Numbered from the stretch's first letter, positions 9,814-19,233 are shown. The stretch is DNA of 53,856 bases from Candidatus Omnitrophota bacterium (GCA_043816025.1 JBDRIH010000065.1:1-53856), one strand, 5' to 3'. Notes: generated by a model not told the origin, from the letters alone. Made by a program: numbers and translations.

Positions 9814-11343
9814 TTAGAAAAAGAAAAAGTTATTCTTAGCAACAATTGTAAAATCAAAATATAATGTTTTAGCTACAGCATAAACTATAAATAACACAAT
9901 AATACATATGGGTATTGTCTTTTTCATCCCTGTCTTATTCGCAAAAACCGCGATTGCTTCTTTAATAGTATAAACCGCCAAAATCATTAAGGCCGGCGTA
10001 GCAATAATCACATACCTGGCCTCATATTCTTTATACATTCCAAAAACAACAAAGTACAATATCGGTATTAAGGCAAAAATGTAAATCCATTTATCCCATT
10101 TTTTAAAAAATAAAACTGAAAAATACGCGATCAAGAATAATAACGATATTGTAACGAAATGGTAAAAATAAAAATACGACGGAGACCCTCGAAACGGGTT
10201 CATCATGTTAGTCGGAACCGCTATATGCTTCCAGTTAAGTGCCTGTAAAATATGATTGCCGGATTCCATGAGCAGTGCGCAAAATATTATCATAATGGCC
10301 AAAAATAATCCATTTTTCACTGCAGGATACTCTAGTATTTTCTTTAAAAAAGTGCCTACTTTATTTGAAATATCTATAAAAAAACATTTGATCGCAATAA
10401 TAGCAACCAGTATAAAAACAGGTATAGACCCTATTAATATGAACTTTTGAAATTCCTTAAAAGTACTTGTTCCAGGTCCCTCTGGAGAAAAAATGTCTGC
10501 TATACTGGTAAAAATACTCCCATAAACCTTATAAATCCACAGAGCCCAGGGAATTCCCACAATAAATGGGATACATATATACAAAGCTAACAACTTCCTG
10601 TTTTTGATAATATCAGAAAACAATAATACGGAATATACCGAAAAAAGGACTAAAGCCGCGGGATATTTGCATAATATAGACAACCCGAAAGATACTCCGG
10701 ATAAAACGAAATATTCGACTTTTTCTTTTTTTTGGCCCAGTAGCAAGAATAATATACCCAGATAAACAAAAAATCCTACCGTAGTTTCGATCCAGATCTT
10801 CTGAGAACAAAGCCAGTAAAGCGGTTCAATTGCTATAAAAAAGGCTGCCAACAACCCCCAGGCTTCACCCCAAAGATATTTACACAATAAATAAACGGCA
10901 AGAATCGTTCCTATCCCGGTAAAAAGCGACACAGCATTAGCCGGCATATATCCATCACCAAAAAATTTCTTTGCAATCGCAATTAAATATGAATATACAG
11001 GCGGATGTTTAAATAGCGGAACATCCACATATCTTTTTACACGCTCCCATTCCTTTTTATCATGTATATGCGGCGACATTATCTTAAAAAATCCGCTTGA
11101 AGAATAATTAAACGGCTGGTATTTAAGTTGGGTTCCCACATAATTATATAATCCCTCATCAAAACTTCTAACAGGAGGATCTTGCACAGCTTTGATCCGT
11201 GGAACAGCTGCTAAAATAAGTAAAATAATAATTAATATCGGGCAGAATTCTTGAAGAAAGGACTTCTTTTTTACTTCAGGCATAACAGATTTAGCCTGCT
11301 CCTCCATCAATTGTCTCTGTCTCTTTTTTCTCTTCTTTCCCAT
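9814..11343 (-). CDS. GT-C fold glycosyltransferase (ArnT/PMT-like, polyprenyl-phosphate-sugar dependent)
   Basis: 509 aa with more than 10 TM helices and a basic N-terminus. It is very AT-rich, with the layout of the ArnT/PMT_2 family. Confidence 0.65.
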   Translation of the reverse strand: MGKKRKKRQRQLMEEQAKSVMPEVKKKSFLQEFCPILIIILLILAAVPRIKAVQDPPVRSFDEGLYNYVGTQLKYQPFNYSSSGFFKIMSPHIHDKKEWERVKRYVDVPLFKHPPVYSYLIAIAKKFFGDGYMPANAVSLFTGIGTILAVYLLCKYLWGEAWGLLAAFFIAIEPLYWLCSQKIWIETTVGFFVYLGILFLLLGQKKEKVEYFVLSGVSFGLSILCKYPAALVLFSVYSVLLFSDIIKNRKLLALYICIPFIVGIPWALWIYKVYGSIFTSIADIFSPEGPGTSTFKEFQKFILIGSIPVFILVAIIAIKCFFIDISNKVGTFLKKILEYPAVKNGLFLAIMIIFCALLMESGNHILQALNWKHIAVPTNMMNPFRGSPSYFYFYHFVTISLLFLIAYFSVLFFKKWDKWIYIFALIPILYFVVFGMYKEYEARYVIIATPALMILAVYTIKEAIAVFANKTGMKKTIPICIIVLFIVYAVAKTLYFDFTIVAKNNFFFF

Positions 11344-11412
11344 TTATATGCCGCCTCTATTCCCCCCAGGTATTACAAACAAAAAGTCCTTCACACCCCG
11401 GAGTATTCCAGG

Positions 11413-11538
11413 TTAACTGTGCCTGACTGGCCATATCGTAACATCATGACCGTTTTCAGCAAGATAACCCGCATATTCCAGGATCATCAAGTCTCCACCA
11501 CGGCTCAAAAGTGAATGTCTAATAAAGGCTATCTTCAT
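11413..11538 (-). pseudogene. 41-codon stub resembling the N-terminus of a GT4 glycosyltransferase
   Basis: It translates to MKIAFIRHSLLSRGGDLMILEYAGYLAENGHDVTIWPVRHS followed by a stop. Its ATG overlaps the upstream TGA as ATGA. Confidence 0.45.
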
Positions 11539-12161
11539 ATATTTATCTGTATCTTGCATTCTACGTCGGGTAACGCTGCCTCGACCTTTCTCATCAAATC
11601 GTCAAAAAATTGATTCCCTTTTATTTTTACACTCTGAAGACATTTTCCGGAATAAATTGAGGCAGCACTGCAGGCTCCGAAAATCGGCCTCTTCTCATTC
11701 TTTCCTTCATACTTTCTCTTATAATTTACCATTATTCCAAACCCATTCAATAAAAGCGCATCTCCATCCGAATAAACCAGATCGGTTTCAGGATAAAACA
11801 TAATTCTTGAAGAAGCAAAATCTGCATCAACTGATCTTAAGCCATTAACAAGATTGAAAAGCCAGTCTTTCTCAACGATACAATCATTGTTAAGGTTAAC
11901 TATATATTCAAACCCATTCTTCAATGCCCAGTTTATACCATCATTGTTTTTGCCCGCAAATCCTCTGTTTGTCTTGTTCCGGATCAAACATATATCCGAG
12001 AACATCCCCTTGAGTCTGCTGCCCTCATCATTATCTGAACCATTATCCACGAGAACAACTTTATAATTATTATAATTCAGCTTTTGCACAGACTCCAAGC
12101 ATTCTACTGTATCATCAAATCCATTCCAGTTAAGAACTATTATCGCGACCTTAGGATACAT
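11535..12161 (-). CDS. GT2 glycosyltransferase, apparently C-terminally truncated (208 aa)
   Basis: Contains VAIIVLNWNG, LVDNGSDND and NLNNDC. Recognisable similarity stops after QFFDD, where related GT2 enzymes continue for about 100 aa. Confidence 0.6.
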   Translation of the reverse strand: MYPKVAIIVLNWNGFDDTVECLESVQKLNYNNYKVVLVDNGSDNDEGSRLKGMFSDICLIRNKTNRGFAGKNNDGINWALKNGFEYIVNLNNDCIVEKDWLFNLVNGLRSVDADFASSRIMFYPETDLVYSDGDALLLNGFGIMVNYKRKYEGKNEKRPIFGACSAASIYSGKCLQSVKIKGNQFFDDLMRKVEAALPDVECKIQINI

Positions 12162-12270
12162 GGTTTATATCGACCTTTTTTCCGCCACGCTAGAAACCAA
12201 ACACACATTAGCGAGAGACTTTTCTAAATGTGCCTAACTCTGTTATAAATGTATAGCAATACTTGAAAGG

Positions 12271-13392
12271 CTATTTTTGTTGCTCAGAAAATTTTAGGAC
12301 AGCGTCCCTGGTGGCTTCCAAATAAGCCCTGCCCCATTTCTGGCAAGGCTCAAGATGGTTCCCTTCTCCCCATTCGTTCCAAGCATTAATAAAAACCAAC
12401 CTTTCGGAACCCTGAAAACTTTTTAATGAGCTTTCTATGGCCGACTTAAGCCATCTACCGTATGTTTCTGGAGTGTTGTGGATAAAAATAGTTGCGTTTT
12501 TTCTCCGTCTTGGGGAATTGTCCCATCCAGGCATAACGCATGGAAACTCTTTATACGCAGGTTCGCAAATGGACATTATACGCCGGACATAATCATCATA
12601 ACAATAAATACCGTTGTTCAAATAACCGCTATTGAACCCTAATAAGCTCACCAAACCCTTCGACCGGCTCAAAAATCGCCTTAAGAATGAAACCCCTCTT
12701 ATAGTTGGGTGGAACTGGACTGCTGCATCAAATCCCAGCCGCCCAGGCAAATCAAACTCATCAGGAAAACTCTCAACCTTGCACAGAAAGAGCTCGCCAA
12801 TTCCAGCGCAGCGCGCTTCTTCTCTCCATATCGACGTAGTCCTTACCGGGTCGGCTATTCTATTTGCCCTGTATACAAGAAAAATGGGTTTGCCATTAAC
12901 TCTTATATATCTATCGTCTTTAAATGCCTTCATAAGCCATCTGATATGTTCCTTATCATCCATCTCACTGTACCTCTGCTCTATAAGAATGTCCTTGTCC
13001 CGTCCATCCCACCTTCTTGTCCAATTCTCATTGGCCCAGCAAAGACAGAACGGAAAGTCGGGTTTGCCGGAGCTCAAAACCTCATCAAAGGGATGCCCCA
13101 ACAAACACCTTCCGTTAAACCAGTAATGATAATAACAGAAGCCATGTATCCCATATTCTCTGGCAAGCGAGGCTTGGGCTTCTCTTGCGGAATGGTCACA
13201 TAAATTATAATAACCGAGTTCCCCTGGAATGTGCGGCTGATAGTGCCCCGGGAAAAGCGGTTTAGCCTTCTTGACGTTAACCCATTCTGTAAAGCCCTTT
13301 CCCCACCATTCGTCGTTTTCAGGTATGGGGTGGAACTGTGGAAGAAAAAAAGCTATTAGCCGCACTTTCTGCTTTTCCATCCTGCTCTCCAT
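12271..13392 (-). CDS. WbsX-like glycosyltransferase / GH99-like domain protein
   Basis: Contains LIAFFLPQFHPIPENDEWWGKGFTEW and AWNEWGEGNHLEP, hallmarks of the WbsX family. Confidence 0.7.
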   Translation of the reverse strand: MESRMEKQKVRLIAFFLPQFHPIPENDEWWGKGFTEWVNVKKAKPLFPGHYQPHIPGELGYYNLCDHSAREAQASLAREYGIHGFCYYHYWFNGRCLLGHPFDEVLSSGKPDFPFCLCWANENWTRRWDGRDKDILIEQRYSEMDDKEHIRWLMKAFKDDRYIRVNGKPIFLVYRANRIADPVRTTSIWREEARCAGIGELFLCKVESFPDEFDLPGRLGFDAAVQFHPTIRGVSFLRRFLSRSKGLVSLLGFNSGYLNNGIYCYDDYVRRIMSICEPAYKEFPCVMPGWDNSPRRRKNATIFIHNTPETYGRWLKSAIESSLKSFQGSERLVFINAWNEWGEGNHLEPCQKWGRAYLEATRDAVLKFSEQQK

Positions 13393-13522
13393 CCCCTCAT
13401 CTCGTTCAGCTAATTAAAACATCCAGAGATTCGCCCTAGATATCACTGCCCTGATCTTTCTTGCTATAACCATAAGAGAACGTGTAAGTAAACAATTCAC
13501 ACGCTGAGTTTTTAAAAATACT

Positions 13523-14557
13523 TTATTTTTGGGCTATAATTGCATTTTGGTTAAAATATCCGTGCTTTTTGTAATATATAAAATCTACTTGCCGAAAATA
13601 TTTTGTCCATTCCGTTCTAATATATTTTTCAGGTATGCAAGTTTCACCGTAAAACGATCCGTCCCTTATCCCTCCGCCACCTACTGGGTCATAAATATAT
13701 TTGCCGTCATCATATTCTTTGAGCTTTTCCTCGGCATTCAAGAAAGCCATGGCCGCTCCTTGGGCAGAAATCGGCACCTTCGCCATCTTTCTGGTTTTCT
13801 CACACCAAAAAACAAAATCTCTGGGTCGTGTGGTCGCTATAAAAACCCCGCCCGGCTTTAGGATTCTTTGAAATTCAGCAAGCCAATGTTTATGCGCATC
13901 CTCCGACAAATGTGAAAAAACGGAATACGAATAAATTATGTCAAAAGATTTATCTTCAAACTCAATAGGAGGATATGGGTTGTTTATAGAAAGGGTGACT
14001 TTTAGATTCAACTTCCGGCAGACATCAACGATTTCTCCATCGCAATCACTACAATACAGGTCTGATGCGGGCAAATCTTTAAGAAAAAACCGAACAACCC
14101 TTCCCCATCCACATCCAAAATCCAGGATCTTTATTCCAGGACCTATAACAATTCCATGTTGTCTGGCTGTCGACTTGACAAATCTATAGAATAAAAAAGC
14201 CTCTCTCAAAGTCAGATTACCGCTGCAGCCAGTGAACTGGAGTTGCAGACTTTGTTCCGGCATGTTCGGCATTATCCCGTGCAAGACGGGCCTTTTATAA
14301 TAGCCTGACGTATACAGCCAGAGCCAAAAAGCATCGCCAACATCTTTAAACATCGAATAGATACTGACATTATTCAATTGGTTGTTCTTTATCATCTTAT
14401 CCAGCGCCATTAAAGGGCCTATATCCGCGACAAACGTAAAAATCTTTTTAAAATTCCGCATAATGGTTGATTTTTCAATATAATCACCGACAAAGACCGA
14501 CCATGGTCCTGGAATAATATTTTTAACGGCTGCTTTCATGCTATTTGTTAGCAACAT
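13523..14557 (-). CDS. Class I SAM-dependent methyltransferase
   Basis: Contains motif I, ILDFGCGWGR, and LKPGGVFI. Confidence 0.7.
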   Translation of the reverse strand: MLLTNSMKAAVKNIIPGPWSVFVGDYIEKSTIMRNFKKIFTFVADIGPLMALDKMIKNNQLNNVSIYSMFKDVGDAFWLWLYTSGYYKRPVLHGIMPNMPEQSLQLQFTGCSGNLTLREAFLFYRFVKSTARQHGIVIGPGIKILDFGCGWGRVVRFFLKDLPASDLYCSDCDGEIVDVCRKLNLKVTLSINNPYPPIEFEDKSFDIIYSYSVFSHLSEDAHKHWLAEFQRILKPGGVFIATTRPRDFVFWCEKTRKMAKVPISAQGAAMAFLNAEEKLKEYDDGKYIYDPVGGGGIRDGSFYGETCIPEKYIRTEWTKYFRQVDFIYYKKHGYFNQNAIIAQK

Positions 14558-14617
14558 AATACAAAACGCCTATTTACATCTTTGGGGCTTTTCATGCGTA
14601 TCAAAACAATGCACTTA

Positions 14618-15853
14618 TTATCTACCCCGCATTTTCAAAACGTCTGAAAAATTCTTTTCCAGGCAATCTACGGAGGCCGACCAGGTCCAGTTGGACAAGA
14701 CATGCTCCCTGCATCTTCTGCTCATCTGCTGAAGCAAGGCGCCATCCTCTAAAACGCGCAATACCGCCTGGCCCAAAAGAACGGGGTCATCGTTATTTAC
14801 CAAAAATCCGTTTACCCCGTCTTTCACGGTTTCTCTAACTCCTCCTTCCGCTATCGCCACAACTGGGGTTCCGCAGGCATTCGCTTCAAGAGGAGCCAAA
14901 CCCAGTGGCTCCAGCCTTGGTGTGTATATCATGACCGCCGCACGATTTAAAATATCCAACACCTCTTCTTGGGATGCACGGATCCTAAAAGATATTTTTA
15001 CCCCTGAAGCATTAGCCAGGTTTTCCATCTCGCGCTGATATTTCGCGTCAGAGAAATTCCCCACCCATATGATTTCCGGTCTTTTATCTTCAGGTATCGC
15101 CGCTATCGCCCGAATAGAACTTTCTATCCCTTTTCCAAAATATATTCCTCCAAGACCTACAACAAATCTTTCTTTATCCATTTTGATCGGCTTAAAAAAA
15201 TCCGTATCTACGCCAAGATAGCAAACCTTTGAGTCAATCCCATAGGCCCTGAGTACGCTTTCCCTGCTAAAAAGCGAGTTCACCAGAATCATATCAAAAG
15301 CCTTCGCGTTTGTTATCTCCTCTCTAGCTTGTACCCTGAGAAGCTGTACCCTTCCTAGATCTCTCATGAAAATAAAAGGGTAAATCAAAAATTCCCTGAG
15401 CGTAACCGGGTCTGGTAAAGCCGGCCACGGCAGTTCAGGTAAAGCTTCATAGATCCACCGATATGGTTCCTGGAGATAAAGAACTTTGGGGAGATCCACA
15501 TACCTGCCTATCGGTGCAGATCTAAAAAAGGTGCAGGAATTCGCAAAAAGGATGTCAAAACCACCGCTGTTTATCTCTTGGGCGCACATTTTACAATGCT
15601 TATCCATAGCCTTTATCTTTTTCAGAAAATTAGAGCACATCACGACGGGGTTTACAGACCTGACCGGCTCCCAAACAAAGGGAACAACGTGTTCCGGCGC
15701 AATATCACTTAAAGAAGACATGAAAGACTGGTCTGCCGTCGGCGGACACCACGATTCAACTTTATGCCCCTTTTCAACCAGTCCTTTGACATGATAATAT
15801 AAGGCCCGTTTCCCGCCTCCGGAAGGCAAATTATGCCACACCGCTATCTTCAT
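14618..15853 (-). CDS. GT4 (group 1) glycosyltransferase
   Basis: Contains MKIAVWHNLPSGGG and the E-x7-E region EPLGLAPLEANACGTPVVA. The start is set at 15853. Confidence 0.8.
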   Translation of the reverse strand: MKIAVWHNLPSGGGKRALYYHVKGLVEKGHKVESWCPPTADQSFMSSLSDIAPEHVVPFVWEPVRSVNPVVMCSNFLKKIKAMDKHCKMCAQEINSGGFDILFANSCTFFRSAPIGRYVDLPKVLYLQEPYRWIYEALPELPWPALPDPVTLREFLIYPFIFMRDLGRVQLLRVQAREEITNAKAFDMILVNSLFSRESVLRAYGIDSKVCYLGVDTDFFKPIKMDKERFVVGLGGIYFGKGIESSIRAIAAIPEDKRPEIIWVGNFSDAKYQREMENLANASGVKISFRIRASQEEVLDILNRAAVMIYTPRLEPLGLAPLEANACGTPVVAIAEGGVRETVKDGVNGFLVNNDDPVLLGQAVLRVLEDGALLQQMSRRCREHVLSNWTWSASVDCLEKNFSDVLKMRGR

Positions 15854-15874
15854 CTGTCCCCCCATAAGCAAAGC

Positions 15875-16762
15875 TCACACGCTTTTTCCAAACACAAAAC
15901 ACTGCGTAAGAATAGTGCTCCCACTGCATACCACGGTCAAAAAATCACCCAGCCGCCCCACTATCTCTTCTGGGTAAAAATCCGGGAAACCGTAAAGCTG
16001 GTCAGTTCTGCCAGAACGCAGGCAAAGCCCACTGTCGTCGATAAGCTTTTTTATTGATATGTTGGACCCATGCACGTTGGATGTCTTCTCGGAAAAAGGA
16101 TAGCAGTCGAGAAAAAGGTCTACCGTCGCAACAAAAATGCCGCCGGGCTTCAATAACCGGCATATTTCTTTCATTACACCGGCTACCTGGGCATACGGTA
16201 TGTGCTCCACTGACGACACGGAAAATATCCTGTCAAAATACGCCTCGGGCAGGCCTGCCCGGTCTATATGCTCCCTGATGAAATTTATCTTACCGCCAAA
16301 CACATCGATAAGACGCCTTATTTCGTTCTCCGATGACAGCCATCCGCTGCCAGGCACTATGTTCACCAAAGGGTCCACGCTGGTAACATCCGCGCCGGAT
16401 GCGGCTAAGGCGAACTGGAACCCCGCCCCGCCGGAACCGAAGTCCAGCACCTTCATTCCCTGGATCAACTCGGCTGTAAAAAAGCACCAGGGGTACTCAA
16501 AAACACGCGAATCGCTGTTGGTCTGGAAACCGAACGGCCCCACAAGACGCATAGCCCAAGATGGCAAAGACATCCTTTTCGGCCACAAGAACCTACTCAA
16601 TCTCTTCCCTGGATAAAAAAACCTTCTCCACCACCAGGCGCCAAAAGGCGCGCGGTTTGACCTATTCCATTCAATATATCTTTCTGGCATAACAGATGGC
16701 GCTATCATCTTCTCATGCTCCCATTCTTTTCTTGAACCGTTACCACGGGGCTCATCTACCAA
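15875..16762 (-). CDS. Class I SAM-dependent methyltransferase
   Basis: Contains VLDFGSGGAG and LKPGGIFV. The start is uncertain, with an alternative ATG at 16708. Confidence 0.65.
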   Translation of the reverse strand: MVDEPRGNGSRKEWEHEKMIAPSVMPERYIEWNRSNRAPFGAWWWRRFFYPGKRLSRFLWPKRMSLPSWAMRLVGPFGFQTNSDSRVFEYPWCFFTAELIQGMKVLDFGSGGAGFQFALAASGADVTSVDPLVNIVPGSGWLSSENEIRRLIDVFGGKINFIREHIDRAGLPEAYFDRIFSVSSVEHIPYAQVAGVMKEICRLLKPGGIFVATVDLFLDCYPFSEKTSNVHGSNISIKKLIDDSGLCLRSGRTDQLYGFPDFYPEEIVGRLGDFLTVVCSGSTILTQCFVFGKSV

Positions 16763-18314
16763 CCTGCCGCGGGAAGGTAAACTGTTTCCGGATCAAGTTA
16801 AAATCGTATTCGTCCAGGCACTTCAAAACGACTATTCCTGTCATGTATACAAATAGAAATACCGCGCCGCACGATAAAAACCTGACTAAAAGTTCTCCTT
16901 TGCCGGGCATCTGCGTGGCAAGGAAAGATATTTGCATACAATACGCGGATAGCCCAGCCACAACCGAAGCCAAAAGCGGCTTATAAACCACACTTCTCAG
17001 CAATTCCCTGATAGATATATTAAAATGTTTGTGTAATTCAAAATAAAGATACACCGGTCCTATTATCAGCGCTACAGAAGTGGCAATCGCCACGCCGTAA
17101 AAACCTATTAGTTTTAATAATAATATACTCAAGATTAAGTTTATGATCATTGTTATTGCAGCTGACCGGCTTAGCATTTTCGTCAGACCTATGCCCATTC
17201 CTACCGTGAATGCCATGCCTGCAGTGACATTTACCACATATCCTATCGCCAGAAGTCGAGCGATTGCGGCCGAAGTTTCATAGCCATTCCCGACCCATAG
17301 ATTTACTATTAGATTCGCAAGGCTTATCAGCAATGCCATTATCGGAGCGGCAATAACAAAAAGGTATTTGGATCCCCTGAGATATAGTTCCGCCAGCTTG
17401 GCCGCATCTTTCCTGGTTGATATTTCAGATGCGGCAGGCAAAACAGCTGGGATCAAAAAAAGCGGCAGTTGCCTGGCATAATTCACTAATGTGACCCCGA
17501 TCTGATATATCCCCACAGCTCTTACGCCAAAAAAAACAGCTATCAATAGTCTGTCGGTCTGGAATACCACAAGCTCACTAAGCCGAACTATCTGCATTCT
17601 ATAACCAAAACGTAAAAGCTTTATAAAAACATCCCATTTCATTCTCACAAACGGGGCAAACACCAAACTTGGCAGTAATTTGTAGGCCGCTATAACGTTA
17701 ATTATGCCGGCAATTATGAAAACAAAAATATTGTTCAGCATTAATCCTATAAGACCCATGCCTTTCCCAAGCACAAAAATGATGCCCAGCACATTGATCA
17801 CTGAAGACAACAAGGAAATCTTTACGGAAACATCCATCCTCTGAAGCCCTGCCTGGATCGCTGAAAATACGCTAATAGCACCGGAAAGTCCAAAAAGCGA
17901 TATTCCGCCAATTATCACAAACGATGCCTCTTTTTCCATGCCAGCCGGGATTTTCAATATGCTCACGAGCGGATGGATGGAAAAAAAAGCAAGGAGGCTG
18001 ATAACTACGGAAAGTACAAGGTAAAACGAGAACCCGGTATTGACGATCCCATTCAAGCCGTTATAATCTTTATTGGTATAGCATTCTGATATGTATTTTA
18101 CATAAGCCGACCCTATGCCGAGATCGAGCAATCCGAAATAGCCTGTTACCACGGTAACAATAGCCCATATCCCGTATCTTTCGATTCCGATATGGGACAA
18201 TATATAAGGGGTCAGGAGCAAGACTGCGACAATTTCCCAAATTTTCAAAAGAAAATTGTACCTTGTATTCCTGACTATTATGTCACCAAGATTCCTTCCC
18301 CCCACATCATGCAT
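16752..18314 (-). CDS. Wzx-type polysaccharide flippase (MOP superfamily)
   Basis: About 520 aa with 12-14 TM helices. The ATG at 18314 avoids overlap with the upstream gene. Confidence 0.75.
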   Translation of the reverse strand: MHDVGGRNLGDIIVRNTRYNFLLKIWEIVAVLLLTPYILSHIGIERYGIWAIVTVVTGYFGLLDLGIGSAYVKYISECYTNKDYNGLNGIVNTGFSFYLVLSVVISLLAFFSIHPLVSILKIPAGMEKEASFVIIGGISLFGLSGAISVFSAIQAGLQRMDVSVKISLLSSVINVLGIIFVLGKGMGLIGLMLNNIFVFIIAGIINVIAAYKLLPSLVFAPFVRMKWDVFIKLLRFGYRMQIVRLSELVVFQTDRLLIAVFFGVRAVGIYQIGVTLVNYARQLPLFLIPAVLPAASEISTRKDAAKLAELYLRGSKYLFVIAAPIMALLISLANLIVNLWVGNGYETSAAIARLLAIGYVVNVTAGMAFTVGMGIGLTKMLSRSAAITMIINLILSILLLKLIGFYGVAIATSVALIIGPVYLYFELHKHFNISIRELLRSVVYKPLLASVVAGLSAYCMQISFLATQMPGKGELLVRFLSCGAVFLFVYMTGIVVLKCLDEYDFNLIRKQFTFPRQVGR

Positions 18315-18330
18315 GATCAAACCCCTTGCA

Positions 18331-18999
18331 TTATTTCGAAAACATGTCACGTTGGTTGGTGATTTTAAAATTCAACGGATCACCCTTTACCAATTTCACC
18401 GGCTTCTTCATTGAAATAACCAAGCCGCAATCATCAGAAACATCTTTAAAATTATTCTCTACCCCTCGCTCGTGAGATTTGAGGATAGTTTCATAGCAAA
18501 ACCCCTGTGGGGTTTGGATGCGCTTGAGATATCTTCGGTCGGGGATGCTCTTGATGAAACCGTTCTTCTCCTCTATTATGGTGTCCTCGACGTCTATCAC
18601 TGGCCCCGCAGCGCCGTACTTTTTGGCGGCATTGAACACGTCTTTTATGATCTTATCGTTCACGAACGGACGGACGGCATCGTGGATCAGGACAAATTCC
18701 GTGTCAGGCGGACAACTCTTTATGCCGGCAAAAGAAGACTCTTGCCGGGTCTTCCCCCCGGGGATTATTGTGCATACTTTTTTAATGCCGCTTTTCTTTA
18801 CCAGACTCTCTAAATCCCCTATATGTTCGGCGTGGCAGACGACTACTATATCCGAGATCAGATCGCTCTTCTCAAAGTGTTCGAGAGTATGAACAATGAT
18901 GGGTTTATGAGCTACTTCCAGAAATTGTTTAGGAACAGCTTTCCCCATACGTACGCCGGTACCGCCGGCCAGCACTATAGCTACTACTTTATTTTTCAT
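18331..18999 (-). CDS. IspD/TarI-family cytidylyltransferase (alditol-phosphate or MEP type)
   Basis: Contains AIVLAGGTGVRMG..PKQF. It is the first gene of the minus-strand glycan operon. Confidence 0.8.
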   Translation of the reverse strand: MKNKVVAIVLAGGTGVRMGKAVPKQFLEVAHKPIIVHTLEHFEKSDLISDIVVVCHAEHIGDLESLVKKSGIKKVCTIIPGGKTRQESSFAGIKSCPPDTEFVLIHDAVRPFVNDKIIKDVFNAAKKYGAAGPVIDVEDTIIEEKNGFIKSIPDRRYLKRIQTPQGFCYETILKSHERGVENNFKDVSDDCGLVISMKKPVKLVKGDPLNFKITNQRDMFSK

Positions 19000-19030
19000 T
19001 TTTTAACTCGGCGTCTTTTAACGTAACGGT

Positions 19031-19233
19031 TGTTTGCTATGCTCTATCAGAGCCCCTCCGCCCGGTGTGGGAGGCTCCCTGTACGGAGCATAGCAAATGA
19101 CCCTAATCTACCAAATCTTACCAAATCTAACCAGGTTAGTTTAACCTGGTTAGTTTAACCTGGTTAGATTTCGTTTGGCCAGGACTCCTCCGCCTGGTGT
19201 GGACCTCCCCTGTGCGGAGTATGGTAGACGGCC
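19031..19233. repeat. Mosaic intergenic repeat locus L1: H rod, P module with 3 tandem 14-nt units, degenerate H rod
   Basis: H lies at 19033-19097 with a perfect outer stem tttgctatgctc/gagcatagcaaa. P lies at 19103-19171, with ctaaccaggttagt, ttaacctggttagt and ttaacctggttaga at 19127-19168. A second, degenerate H lies at 19172-19233. Confidence 0.85.

Noticed and set aside
19103-19171. The tandem ttaaccWggttag units as a possible mini-CRISPR array.
   Set aside because: The units are contiguous 14-mers with no spacers and there are no cas genes. The same motif is part of a dispersed palindrome.
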